Positions 9,577-19,443 of a stretch of 64,000 bases of DNA are shown here, piece after piece (position 1 is the first letter of the stretch; each line of letters opens with the position of its first letter). The notes under the pieces are model-generated. The model saw only the letters and a list, made by a program, of their open reading frames with translations, searched no databases and was not told the origin of the DNA. Location: IMG/VR virus record IMGVR_UViG_3300049893_002759, positions 4,056 through 68,055 of that record, one strand, 5' to 3'. Source of the DNA: a virus. The position numbers and the translations under genes were made by a program.

Positions 9577-12500
9577 ATGAAGATCTTTGGATTTAACTTT
9601 GGAGAAAAAATTTTTGCTCCACTTGTAACTCCTGACACTCAAGTGTCACTTCGTAAACAGGATGCATCTCCAACAATACGTCCTGAATTGAAGTCTATTT
9701 CTATTCCAGAAAACAAAAAACCAGCTAATATTCCACCTGTTGCTTCTAAGGTACTTGCTTACAATCAAGTAGGGGCTCGTAGAGGGCAATTTAATGAATC
9801 AGAATATGATCTAGCTTTAATCAACCGTATTGAAGATACTGATTCTTATGTACATCAAGCTTTTGTCAAAAAAGTAGGCCTGATGTTTAAAGAAGGTTAT
9901 GATCTTGTTGGTGCTGATCCTAAAACTATTCAGTACATTAAATTACGTTTTGCTCAAATTGCTAGAGCTACAAACACCCCCACAGATGAGTTATTGCGTT
10001 CATTAGGCAGATCATTAATTAAAAAATCAAATGCCTTTCTTGTCAAAGCTAGAAAGGAATCAGCTTCAGGTGGACGTTCTCGTATAGTACCTGGTACTTC
10101 TAAAGAGTTAGAACCAGTAGCAGGTTATTTTATTGCTCCTGCAGAAACAATGCAGTATGAAGCAGACAAAAATGGTCGTGTTACTCGATGGAAGCAACAA
10201 TTGCCAGATGGCCAGTTTACTTACTTTAGGCCAGAAGATGTTATTCATTTCTATTTTAATAGAAAAGATGGATTCATTTATGGTACTCCAACTATAGTAC
10301 CTGTTATTGATGATATCCGTTCTCTTCGTAAAATTGAAGAGAATATTGAATTGTTGGTATATCAACATTTATTTCCATTATTCCACTACAAGATTGGAAC
10401 TGATGACTTTCCGGCTACAGTAGATGAACAAGGAAACGATGAAATTGATTTAGCAAAACGAGAAATACAAGTTATGCCAGCAGAAGGTGGATTAGTCACC
10501 TCTCATCGTCATGAAATATCATTAATTGGTGCAGAAAACAGATCGTTGCGTGCAGAAGGTTATCTTGAGCACTTTAAAAAGAGAGTTTTTTCTGGTTTAG
10601 GTATTTCTGCAGTTGATATGGGTGAAGGCGAATGTTATTCAGCTGATACAGAAACCTTAACGGAAAATGGATGGAAATTCCACTGGCAAATTGATCATAC
10701 AACTGAACGTATTGCTACATATAATCCTGCAACTAATAAGATTGAATTCAATTTTGCTAACTACAAGCATGAATCTCATTATCGTGGACCAATGTTTCAT
10801 TTTACAAATGGAGAAGAACTTAATGTATTGGTAACACCAAAACACGATATGTGGCTACAAAATGTAGTCCGTGTAAGTGTATGGGGTAAAGTTCATGCTG
10901 AAGATTTGTTAACTAAACCAAACTTACATTGCAACATGTTGTTATCTACTGCATTTGATGAAGAAGAAGTATCGCAAGTTTTTCCTGATGAACTCATTGA
11001 ATCTTGGGCTACTCTTGCGGGCTGGATTGTAGGTATTGGTGAATATGTCCCTGCAACAAATCAAATTATGTTGAAAACTAATAAGATTCCTCGTGGAGAG
11101 CATCCTCTTGCTAGGGTCTTTAGCGAATTACATATTCCTTTTAATGTAACTAAAGTAACAAGTCATGCTCGTCGTCATCTTGAGATTACATTTGATGCTG
11201 ATGAATATTCTGGACAATTGAAAAAATACCTTAAATCTGAAGGCCATTCTGTTGTAAATGAAGTTTTAAAGCTTCCTATTGCAGCAAGAAAAATTGTTGC
11301 AGACGAAATGTTAGCATCTGGTGGTACTAGTAAGGGATTTAAATACATTAAGAAATATGGCAAGGCTCGTCACTGGTGGTTTGTATCTTCTAGTCATACA
11401 GTCTTAGATATTGTTCAAACAATACTTCTTTCTTGTGGTTATTTAGCTGTAAAAAAGAAAGGTCAACATAAAGACAAGTCTTTTGAATATGTTAATGTTC
11501 GCTGCGCATTGCGTAGACAACAATTATCTCCTATTAATCAAGAAACTATTAAGCAGGTTTCATATGATGGAACTATTTACTGTTACAACGTGCCAAATCA
11601 TCTATTTTTAACTAGACGACAAGGCTGTGTAGCTATTAATGGTAATACTGCTAATCGTGCTACTTCAGACAATATGTCCCGCAACTTAGTAGACTCTGTA
11701 AAAGATATTCAACGTGTTATGGAGTCACAGTTTAGTGCATTCATAATTAATGAATTATTGCTTGAATCTACATTTGGTTCAGATGTACTTAATGACGAAT
11801 CTCGCGTATCTCTTAAATTTAAAGAGATCGATCTGGATTATCAGATTAAAAAAGAAAATCATTATGCTGACCAATTTACTAAAAATACTATTTCTCATCA
11901 TGAAGCTCGTATTGGTATGGGTCGTCAACCTATGCGTATGCCAACAGCTGAAGAAATTGATGGTAATCCAAATATTGCTGAAAATTATCCAGAATGGTAT
12001 GGAACATTTTGGAAACTTATTGATGAACCTAAAGCTCTTATTCAAGCTATCGACGAACCTTATTCTGCAGCAGCCATTACAGCCGCTGCCAATAAAGGAA
12101 CTGAGGTAACTTCTGCTAATATTACAGAAGCCGGCGAACAACAAAAAGAACATGAAGTAGCTCTAGAAGCAGAAAAAGGTAAGGCTAAGGTTGCTATTGC
12201 TAAATTACGCCCTAAACCAGCTGCCAAAAAGAAAGATTCTTTCTTAAATGTAAAATTTGAAGCTTTAGAAAGTGACACGATTAGGATGATTAATCAAGGT
12301 AGTTTTTCTAATGACTGGTTAAAACATCTAGCATTCATGTCTGAGACGGATATGATTCGTGATTTGCGTACAAAGGCTATGACAGCATTTGCTTCTGGTT
12401 ATAGATCTATCAATCCACGTAGTGACCAACAAATTAATGCTACTATGCGCGCGCGTAGTAAAATAGAAAATCGTGTTAATTTTTATGTTCAACGCTTAAT

Positions 12501-12828
12501 TCGTCAAACTTTAGATGCAATTAAACGTCAAAATATTGATACTCTGGAGAAAGATGTTAGAATTCAAAAAGTTAAGGCAGCGTTTGAAGCATTTCGTTTC
12601 CGTAATGACTTTATTGAAGATGTGGAGGTCCGTAAAGCGTACAACTTAGGAGTTATTGAAGCAGCACGAAGTCTCGGGCATACTCAATGGACACTGGCTG
12701 TACCACATGATTCTTGTTCTGGATGTAAATTAGCATCTCAAACAATTCACCAAATTGGTGATAGTCTTGATTTAGAGGACGTACCTCCTCTGCATGCTAA
12801 TTCTAGAAGTCAAATAAAGATTCTATGA
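9577..12828 (+). CDS. Portal protein with an intein and a C-terminal MuF/head-morphogenesis-like region
   Basis: Portal-like FRPEDVIHF...YGTPTI segment; position between terminase and protease; C-terminal CSGC...VPPLHANSRS resembles the MuF PPxHPNCR motif. Confidence 0.82.
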   Translation: MKIFGFNFGEKIFAPLVTPDTQVSLRKQDASPTIRPELKSISIPENKKPANIPPVASKVLAYNQVGARRGQFNESEYDLALINRIEDTDSYVHQAFVKKVGLMFKEGYDLVGADPKTIQYIKLRFAQIARATNTPTDELLRSLGRSLIKKSNAFLVKARKESASGGRSRIVPGTSKELEPVAGYFIAPAETMQYEADKNGRVTRWKQQLPDGQFTYFRPEDVIHFYFNRKDGFIYGTPTIVPVIDDIRSLRKIEENIELLVYQHLFPLFHYKIGTDDFPATVDEQGNDEIDLAKREIQVMPAEGGLVTSHRHEISLIGAENRSLRAEGYLEHFKKRVFSGLGISAVDMGEGECYSADTETLTENGWKFHWQIDHTTERIATYNPATNKIEFNFANYKHESHYRGPMFHFTNGEELNVLVTPKHDMWLQNVVRVSVWGKVHAEDLLTKPNLHCNMLLSTAFDEEEVSQVFPDELIESWATLAGWIVGIGEYVPATNQIMLKTNKIPRGEHPLARVFSELHIPFNVTKVTSHARRHLEITFDADEYSGQLKKYLKSEGHSVVNEVLKLPIAARKIVADEMLASGGTSKGFKYIKKYGKARHWWFVSSSHTVLDIVQTILLSCGYLAVKKKGQHKDKSFEYVNVRCALRRQQLSPINQETIKQVSYDGTIYCYNVPNHLFLTRRQGCVAINGNTANRATSDNMSRNLVDSVKDIQRVMESQFSAFIINELLLESTFGSDVLNDESRVSLKFKEIDLDYQIKKENHYADQFTKNTISHHEARIGMGRQPMRMPTAEEIDGNPNIAENYPEWYGTFWKLIDEPKALIQAIDEPYSAAAITAAANKGTEVTSANITEAGEQQKEHEVALEAEKGKAKVAIAKLRPKPAAKKKDSFLNVKFEALESDTIRMINQGSFSNDWLKHLAFMSETDMIRDLRTKAMTAFASGYRSINPRSDQQINATMRARSKIENRVNFYVQRLIRQTLDAIKRQNIDTLEKDVRIQKVKAAFEAFRFRNDFIEDVEVRKAYNLGVIEAARSLGHTQWTLAVPHDSCSGCKLASQTIHQIGDSLDLEDVPPLHANSRSQIKIL
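10633..11646 (+). mobile_element. Intein (338 aa) with degenerate LAGLIDADG-type homing endonuclease
   Basis: N-terminal junction GE|CYSADTETLTENGWK; block B VTPKH; block F/G YDGTIYCYNVPNHLFLTRRQGCVAINGN|T. Removing it rejoins DMGEGE to TANRATS. Confidence 0.9.
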
Positions 12829-15038
12829 AGGACGGTTTAATTATGAATAAACATGAATTTGGATATCGTACAGATCGAGGATGGCATATTGATGATCGTT
12901 ATGACTTTCAAGTTATAAGTCATTCTGATAATGATCTTGCTCAAATACGCGATGATTACATGGGCGCGTTTAAGCCAGGCGATCCATCAACACCTCATTC
13001 TTCTGGACTTGGTGTTGTTGCTAATACAGATGGGCAACAAGCAAGAACTGGATTAATCATAAAGATTGCTGCTACTCATTCAGGTTTAATAACCAGAAAT
13101 AATGGTCTTTATCTACCTGATAAAATGCGTGCTGCTGTAGGAACTTGGACTGATCATTATCAAAAACCTATTCAGCTTCACCACAGTGATTCGAGTGACC
13201 CTATTGGGCGAGTCATTGCTGCTCGTTATGTTGACACTTCTAGTCCAGTAGTAGATCGTTTCCAAAATTCTGTTTTACGTGATCAATTTAATAATCAAAT
13301 TGGCCACGCAGATAGAAAATTCTGGGATAAATTCATTAGCGACAGAACATCGTTTATCGATAAGTTACAAATGTTAAGACTAATGGATTCTATTTTGAAT
13401 GATCCTCACTATCAAGGTGTTGGATATATTGAGCTTACTGCTAACATTACAGATCCAACAGCTATTCAAAAAGTTCTTGATAAGCGTTATATTACAGGGT
13501 CTGTAGGTGCTGTTTCAGATAAAGCAGTATGTTCTACTTGTAATACCAACTGGTTAGAAGAAGAACATTGTGGGCATCGTCCTGGACGTGTATATGATGG
13601 TAAAAAGTGTATTGTTATTACAGGCAATCTAGAATATGATGAATATTCATTTGTCAATACGCCTGCAGATAGACATTCTGGCGTAATTGATGCAGGACAG
13701 ATTAAAAATTCTGTTCAAGATGCAACTGACAGATCCGTTCGATACTTTCCTGTATTTAACGCACTGAAGGAGGACTCTACTATGAGTGATACAAAGACCG
13801 AAACAATTAAGGACTCGACTGTGGCGACTCCTGAACCAACAGAGACCACTGCAGATGTAGTTGTAGACAATTCAGCAACTGTTCAAGATGCTGTTCAGCC
13901 ATCTATTGATGAACAAATTACAGTTTTGATGGATAAACTTTTGTCTACTGGTTTGACTGAAGATGAATCTGAACAACTTTACCAATTTCAGCTTAATGAA
14001 ATGGATCAAGGTATTGTTGAAGATGCTAAACTTTCTTCTGAAAAACGCAAGAAACTTGCGTCTTCAACCTTTTGTGGTCCTAACAAATCTTTTCCAGTTC
14101 CAGATTGCGCTCATGTAGTTGCAGCACGTCGTCTAATTGGTCGTTATAAAGGTGAAGGATCTAAAGACTCAATTCTTGCTTGTGTAGCTAGAAAAGCTAA
14201 GGCACTTGGTTGTGATTCTACTAAAGACTCTATAAAAGATTCTGTAAAAGACAATGCTTTAGTTCCTGTAAACGGTCCAACTCATTCTGATGTTCCAGAT
14301 CCAAAAGCTGTAAAAGCAGCAGAATTACTAGAGCTTTTGCTTGCTGCATTTGGTGATGGACCTGAAGCTACATCGGATTACAGTCTAAATAATTCTGATA
14401 AAGAGAAATTAACACAATTAGTTCGTAAGTTATTAGCATTTAGTAAAGATTCTTTACATGAAATTCTTGTTGAGGAAAAGGTAATTGATTCTTCTGTTGT
14501 AGAAGACAGAGAGAGTTTGATTACTGAAGTGGCTAAAAATGAAGAGCTTATTGGTGATCTTCGTGATCAATTAACAGCACTTAGAAAGGAACTAAAGGCC
14601 GCATATGAAGATGTAGTTACCCTTGAAGATCAATTAATTTCTTCTCGAGAAATAGTTCGTTCTGTTAAAACTGAAAAGGCATCTCTACTTCATATGTTAG
14701 ATGGTTCTTTTACAGATGCTATAAAAGACAGTGTTGCGTCTTTAACTGACGAGGCATTAGATTCTGCAATTGCAACCTTATCAACAAAAGTTGACATATC
14801 AAAAATTGCTGATAAGCTTAACAGTGGACTCTCAAGAACACCAAATGAGACAGTTGAAGTTCCAGCAGGGTTGACCGAGCCTACTGCTGTAACCCAACCA
14901 ACCAATAAGCCTACCTATGCTACCCAGCAAATGGTAGATGAAGTTTACCGCCGTACATTACTTAGCCAAGGACATACAGCTGCACAAGCATTTTATACAG
15001 ATGCTGTTAAGCGTGGCCTAGCTAAACCAAAAGAGTAA
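12825..15038 (+). CDS. Prohead maturation serine protease fused to scaffolding region
   Basis: IQLHH...PIGR, GSVG and EYSFVNTPAD resemble HK97/herpes-fold prohead proteases; CSTC...CGHRPG Zn-like insert; acidic coiled-coil C-terminal half. The start may be ATG 12843. Confidence 0.8.
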   Translation: MKDGLIMNKHEFGYRTDRGWHIDDRYDFQVISHSDNDLAQIRDDYMGAFKPGDPSTPHSSGLGVVANTDGQQARTGLIIKIAATHSGLITRNNGLYLPDKMRAAVGTWTDHYQKPIQLHHSDSSDPIGRVIAARYVDTSSPVVDRFQNSVLRDQFNNQIGHADRKFWDKFISDRTSFIDKLQMLRLMDSILNDPHYQGVGYIELTANITDPTAIQKVLDKRYITGSVGAVSDKAVCSTCNTNWLEEEHCGHRPGRVYDGKKCIVITGNLEYDEYSFVNTPADRHSGVIDAGQIKNSVQDATDRSVRYFPVFNALKEDSTMSDTKTETIKDSTVATPEPTETTADVVVDNSATVQDAVQPSIDEQITVLMDKLLSTGLTEDESEQLYQFQLNEMDQGIVEDAKLSSEKRKKLASSTFCGPNKSFPVPDCAHVVAARRLIGRYKGEGSKDSILACVARKAKALGCDSTKDSIKDSVKDNALVPVNGPTHSDVPDPKAVKAAELLELLLAAFGDGPEATSDYSLNNSDKEKLTQLVRKLLAFSKDSLHEILVEEKVIDSSVVEDRESLITEVAKNEELIGDLRDQLTALRKELKAAYEDVVTLEDQLISSREIVRSVKTEKASLLHMLDGSFTDAIKDSVASLTDEALDSAIATLSTKVDISKIADKLNSGLSRTPNETVEVPAGLTEPTAVTQPTNKPTYATQQMVDEVYRRTLLSQGHTAAQAFYTDAVKRGLAKPKE
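13782..15038 (+). CDS. Putative nested in-frame scaffolding protein (internal start)
   Basis: AAGGAGG SD at 13767-13773 precedes the in-frame ATG 13782 (MSDTKTET...), right after the protease domain. Confidence 0.6.
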   Translation: MSDTKTETIKDSTVATPEPTETTADVVVDNSATVQDAVQPSIDEQITVLMDKLLSTGLTEDESEQLYQFQLNEMDQGIVEDAKLSSEKRKKLASSTFCGPNKSFPVPDCAHVVAARRLIGRYKGEGSKDSILACVARKAKALGCDSTKDSIKDSVKDNALVPVNGPTHSDVPDPKAVKAAELLELLLAAFGDGPEATSDYSLNNSDKEKLTQLVRKLLAFSKDSLHEILVEEKVIDSSVVEDRESLITEVAKNEELIGDLRDQLTALRKELKAAYEDVVTLEDQLISSREIVRSVKTEKASLLHMLDGSFTDAIKDSVASLTDEALDSAIATLSTKVDISKIADKLNSGLSRTPNETVEVPAGLTEPTAVTQPTNKPTYATQQMVDEVYRRTLLSQGHTAAQAFYTDAVKRGLAKPKE

Positions 15039-15063
15039 TGTAGGCTAAGGAGGATAAACCCAA

Positions 15064-16326
15064 ATGGCGTTTAATTCCGTAGGACAGTATGTAGGTACCC
15101 ACAAGACTTGGGATCATGTTGGTAATATCCTACCTAATGTAGAACACTCAGAGGGCGAACGCCCAGCTATTGAGTGGAAGGTAGCAGAATGGCTTCCTGT
15201 TCAATTTTTTGACAAACACTATGAAAACTGGTTTGTTATTATGCCAGGAAAGGTAGTGGCATTGGATCCTGACAACCGTCTTTGTCCAGCTGGTTTGAAA
15301 ATTCCTGCTGAACTAGCGGGAGCTGGCGATGTAGTAACCTATACTCTCGATGATGTCGAGGCAGGTACTATTAACGTAGCAACAGGTGCTCCAGTAACAC
15401 TTGCACAGTTAACTGATCCAGGTTCTACTCGTGGATATACCAAAGCTGAAATTGATTCGGCAGGTTTCCTAGGTCGTGCTGGGGTTGCATTTACTGTATC
15501 TAATCCAGTAGGTATCGCACCCTATGCATATCTACAATGGGCAGGTGGAGATGGATTTAATCCAACTGAGTATCGTAAGCATAACTACAACATGCAGCAT
15601 CAAGTAGCAGTACTTTGTGACTATGTTCTAGAAATGCCTTTAGTACCAGGAGCCACTGCTTCTGAAGCACTTACTTTCTCTGTAGATTCAACAGAAGGAC
15701 CAAATGTATTTACTGATTCTGGTTTGGCTAACCTACCAGTAGCAGCTAATACTGATCGTACTCCAATCACTTTTGCAGGTGGTTCATCCGCAACTCTATT
15801 TGTTAACCAAGTTGCTGATAAAACCCTTATTGCAGGTCCAGGCGATTGGGCAGTTGATCTTACAACTGGTTTTGTTTCTGTTTATGCAGCACTAGCACCA
15901 GTCGGCGTAACTATTAGCTATAGTCACTATGCAGCAGCTCCAGCTTCTGTAAGTCGATTTGCTTGCGCTGTTGGCGATCTACATGGTGGAGATTTAGTAA
16001 CTTTTGATGCTGACTCTAACTATCGTGTAGCAAATTCAGCTACATTATTCCTCAGTGGCAGTCCAACTGGTGCTGAAGTAGCTCGCGCTCTAGGTCTTGT
16101 TATTGGACAAGTTCTCGATCGTGACTCTAGCCATCCAAAAGATTTGCTAGATCGTGTCAAAACTTCTTATGCTCCAGCTCTTGGAACTGATCCATCTGGT
16201 GGCAAGCCAGGATATCTTGGTCAACTCGATCAGATGCCAGGTTCAGCTAATGGTGGAGTGCCTTCCAATGTGCATTATGCCGGTGCAGCTGACACTGTAG
16301 TACGCATCAACTTGACCAGATTCTAA
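15064..16326 (+). CDS. Probable capsid decoration/stabilising protein
   Basis: Strong AAGGAGG SD; lies between scaffold and capsid; small-residue-rich; codon style like the capsid gene. Confidence 0.6.
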   Translation: MAFNSVGQYVGTHKTWDHVGNILPNVEHSEGERPAIEWKVAEWLPVQFFDKHYENWFVIMPGKVVALDPDNRLCPAGLKIPAELAGAGDVVTYTLDDVEAGTINVATGAPVTLAQLTDPGSTRGYTKAEIDSAGFLGRAGVAFTVSNPVGIAPYAYLQWAGGDGFNPTEYRKHNYNMQHQVAVLCDYVLEMPLVPGATASEALTFSVDSTEGPNVFTDSGLANLPVAANTDRTPITFAGGSSATLFVNQVADKTLIAGPGDWAVDLTTGFVSVYAALAPVGVTISYSHYAAAPASVSRFACAVGDLHGGDLVTFDADSNYRVANSATLFLSGSPTGAEVARALGLVIGQVLDRDSSHPKDLLDRVKTSYAPALGTDPSGGKPGYLGQLDQMPGSANGGVPSNVHYAGAADTVVRINLTRF

Positions 16327-16341
16327 TAGGAGGAACAAGAA

Positions 16342-17613
16342 ATGCCCGGCAATATTAACGACTTTGTAAGCTTAGATGAGCTTAAAGCCAATGTAAAAGA
16401 TCAGGCGTCTATGGAATTCGTATGGCGCACTGGTAAAGACCCAGTAAGCGGTCGTGGTGTAAACATTAAGGACGCTTTGTCAGTTCCTGATGCTCCACTT
16501 CTTCTTCCTAAGGTTATCTCTAACGTTGTTCGTGAAGCAGCAGAACCTTTGTTAATTGGCACCAGCCTTCTACAAAGAATCAACTATTCTTATGGACAAA
16601 CTATCACCTTCCCAGCAATCGGAGCACTAGTTGCTGCTGATATTGCAGAAGGTCAAGAATACCCAGAACAAAGACTAGCAATGGGTGGAGCAACTGTAAC
16701 TGCACAAATTGGTAAGAGCGGTCTAGCTGTTAAAGTAACTGAAGAAATGGTTCGCTATTCCCAATTTGATGTAATCGGTATGCACCTTCGTGCAGCTGGT
16801 CGTGCTCTAGCACGTCACAAAGAAGTTAAGATCTTTAACATGATCAAGGCTCTTGGTGTTTGTGTATTTGACAATGCGCAGCCAGCACGCTCTATGAAAG
16901 GCGTTACCACTGGTCGTGCAATCGATGGATCTCCAAACGGTTCAGTAACCATGGACGATATCTTTGATTGTTTTGCACAAGTTATGGTTCAGGGTTTTAT
17001 GCCAGATACTATCCTCATGCATCCATTAACTTGGGCAATGTGGGTTAAAGATCCAACTCTTCGTGCATTTGCATTAATGAACGGTGGAGGAACATTCTTT
17101 GCTAACTGGACTGGACAAGTTAATCAGCAATATGCTGCTAACGCAAGCCAGGGCGGATTGGGTATCGGCGCAGGTCAGAACATTGTAGAAGGTGGCAACG
17201 CAGCTGGATTGGCAGCAAGTCAGCTAACCGCCTTTAATCCACAAATGAATTCTGCTCCACAACTACCTGGTTATCTTGGTATGAGCTTCCGTATCCTTGT
17301 TAGCCCATTAGTTCCATGCGATCCACGTCGCAAGCTAACTGACATCTTTATGTTTGATAGCCGTGAACTAGGAGCTCTCATTGTTGACGAAGAAGTTACC
17401 ACTGAAGAATTTGTTGATCCTAAAGTTGAACTACGTAAGATCAAACTTCGTGAACGTTATGCGGTAGCAGTCCTTAACGAAGGACAAGGTATTGCTACTA
17501 TTAAGAACGTACGTATCGTACCAAACGAAATCGTACTTCCAGCACAAACTACTATCGATGTGGCTTCTAGTGCATTAGGTCCAATTTCTCCAACTGCTGA
17601 CGTACTCAGCTGA
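16342..17613 (+). CDS. Major capsid protein (HK97 fold)
   Basis: AGGAGG SD; LLLPKVISNVVREAAEP, IAEGQEYPE, KSGLAVKVTEEMVRYS, PDTILMHP and ERYAVAVL are capsid-like; followed by a terminator. Confidence 0.88.
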   Translation: MPGNINDFVSLDELKANVKDQASMEFVWRTGKDPVSGRGVNIKDALSVPDAPLLLPKVISNVVREAAEPLLIGTSLLQRINYSYGQTITFPAIGALVAADIAEGQEYPEQRLAMGGATVTAQIGKSGLAVKVTEEMVRYSQFDVIGMHLRAAGRALARHKEVKIFNMIKALGVCVFDNAQPARSMKGVTTGRAIDGSPNGSVTMDDIFDCFAQVMVQGFMPDTILMHPLTWAMWVKDPTLRAFALMNGGGTFFANWTGQVNQQYAANASQGGLGIGAGQNIVEGGNAAGLAASQLTAFNPQMNSAPQLPGYLGMSFRILVSPLVPCDPRRKLTDIFMFDSRELGALIVDEEVTTEEFVDPKVELRKIKLRERYAVAVLNEGQGIATIKNVRIVPNEIVLPAQTTIDVASSALGPISPTADVLS

Positions 17614-17638
17614 GAAATAAGCTTAAGTAAGTTATAAT

Positions 17639-17668
17639 GAAACCCCCTGTAAAGGGGGTTTCTTTTTA
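17639..17668 (+). terminator. Rho-independent terminator after capsid gene
   Basis: GAAACCCCCT-GTAA-AGGGGGTTTC followed by TTTTT. Confidence 0.88.
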
Positions 17669-17743
17669 TATAAACTACGTATTGATTGCTATTGATTAAA
17701 GACAAAGTACAATAGAGTTAGACCTTACAAAATAGGAGAAAAC

Positions 17744-18346
17744 ATGCATCGTATTGAATTGGTTACCGATACTCAACCAATGTTTTACATTCCAGGTAAG
17801 TTACACTTAACGTGGGAATCTCCTGGACCAGTAGATGTAGATTTGTCTATATTCACTGAACAAGAAAAGAACTGGCTTAGGAATGGAAAAATTAAAAACG
17901 TTCTTAAGATTGTTAACTTAAATCCTGAAGCGCCAAAGGAGGTGACACAAACAGCTTCAATAGGAATTAATTCAGCTTCTGCTGTACCAAAACCACAAGA
18001 ACAAATAGTTCAAAACATTAAATTGAATGCTGAAGAAATGAGACTTAAGCGTGAAGCCGAATCTAAAAAGACCCTCACAGCACCAATGCCAAGCTTGTCT
18101 CGTTTTATTGAAAAATGTGGAGACCTTCTTCAATTAAGAGTTATGAAAGAACAAGAATTAATAGGCAAAAACCGCGCAAAAGTTTTAAAATTACTTGATG
18201 AGCGCATAACAGCAATATCTACTAATATTAGTAATATTGTTGGAACATCCCTTAATGAAGACTCAATTGCTAGTGATGCAAATCTTCCTAAAATTGAAGA
18301 AGAACTTCAAGAGCTTGTTACAGTTAATTTAGGAGCTGAAGACTAA
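17744..18346 (+). CDS. Hypothetical protein
   Basis: 200 aa with AGGAG SD. Confidence 0.65.
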   Translation: MHRIELVTDTQPMFYIPGKLHLTWESPGPVDVDLSIFTEQEKNWLRNGKIKNVLKIVNLNPEAPKEVTQTASIGINSASAVPKPQEQIVQNIKLNAEEMRLKREAESKKTLTAPMPSLSRFIEKCGDLLQLRVMKEQELIGKNRAKVLKLLDERITAISTNISNIVGTSLNEDSIASDANLPKIEEELQELVTVNLGAED

Positions 18347-19443
18347 TGCCTACTACCCTCGACATAATTGACTTTGTTAATCCAGCCAATAATGTTATTG
18401 GCGTTCCGCTTAATAATGCTATTCAAATAATCTTTGATAGAGAAATTGACGAATGGTCTATTGAACATGGTGGATTAATTGTTGAGGGTCCAGATAGCGA
18501 TCAAGTTATATATCCAGGCTATGTTCCTACTACGTTAATACCGGGTAGTGAACAAGAGATTCTACAATCTCCAGGTTTAATGGGTATTGTACCGGGTAAG
18601 TTTACTTTTCAGCGTATTGCACTAGCGACAACTGATATAGTAAATACACCTGATACTACTGGAGCAGGAAATCTTTATCGTACAAAAGCTATATTTAAAC
18701 CAGATCAACCATTAAAGCCACAGACTAATTATTCTGTTTACTTAGTTGGAGACGATGATCCTACAGATGAAGAAATGCTTGGTCTTCGTACTCGTACGGT
18801 TTTTGATCCAGTTATAGGAGCAAATACAGGTACAGGAAGTGTAACTTTTTCTGGAACTTATTTAGGTAATCTTACTCAAGATACAATTAATATTCGTATT
18901 ACACAATCAGGAGTAAGTGGAGAAGCTGAATTTGAAGCATGGCGCACTAGTCAGCCTCTTGACTTGGTTGGTCCATATCGTACTTCCACCAGCGAATGCC
19001 AAGTACTCGATGGAATAACTATTCAATTTGTGGAAGGATTATTTCAAGTTGATGACGAATTTTCAGTAGTAGTAAAACGTCCACAAGTTACAACAGGTAC
19101 AGCTATTTTTACATTTTCTACTGGTAATGGTTCTATTACTGTAGTGCCAACTACAACTGCGACATCAGTAACAGGAGATCCTGCTCCATTAATTCCATCT
19201 ACTCAGTTTAAAGTTTTGAAAACAACTCCAATAGATGGAGGAACTAATTTACCTCCTGCTGGCAATAGACGACTCACTATTGAGTTTAGTGATGAAATTG
19301 ATCCAACTTCTGTTACAACTGATAGAGTACAAGTAATAGTAGAACCTGTTATAGATCATCCACTTTTAATTAATCAAATACAAGCTGGTCCAATTTCTCA
19401 TGTAGTTACAGTAAGTGGTACAAAAATGTTTATTGATTTGTAA
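18346..19443 (+). CDS. Ig-like (SbsA/Big_5-type) domain virion protein
   Basis: PANNVIGVPLNNAIQIIFDREID...FKPDQPLKPQTNYSV, plus a second copy TTPIDGGTNL...TIEFSDEIDPTSV. Confidence 0.65.
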   Translation: MPTTLDIIDFVNPANNVIGVPLNNAIQIIFDREIDEWSIEHGGLIVEGPDSDQVIYPGYVPTTLIPGSEQEILQSPGLMGIVPGKFTFQRIALATTDIVNTPDTTGAGNLYRTKAIFKPDQPLKPQTNYSVYLVGDDDPTDEEMLGLRTRTVFDPVIGANTGTGSVTFSGTYLGNLTQDTINIRITQSGVSGEAEFEAWRTSQPLDLVGPYRTSTSECQVLDGITIQFVEGLFQVDDEFSVVVKRPQVTTGTAIFTFSTGNGSITVVPTTTATSVTGDPAPLIPSTQFKVLKTTPIDGGTNLPPAGNRRLTIEFSDEIDPTSVTTDRVQVIVEPVIDHPLLINQIQAGPISHVVTVSGTKMFIDL

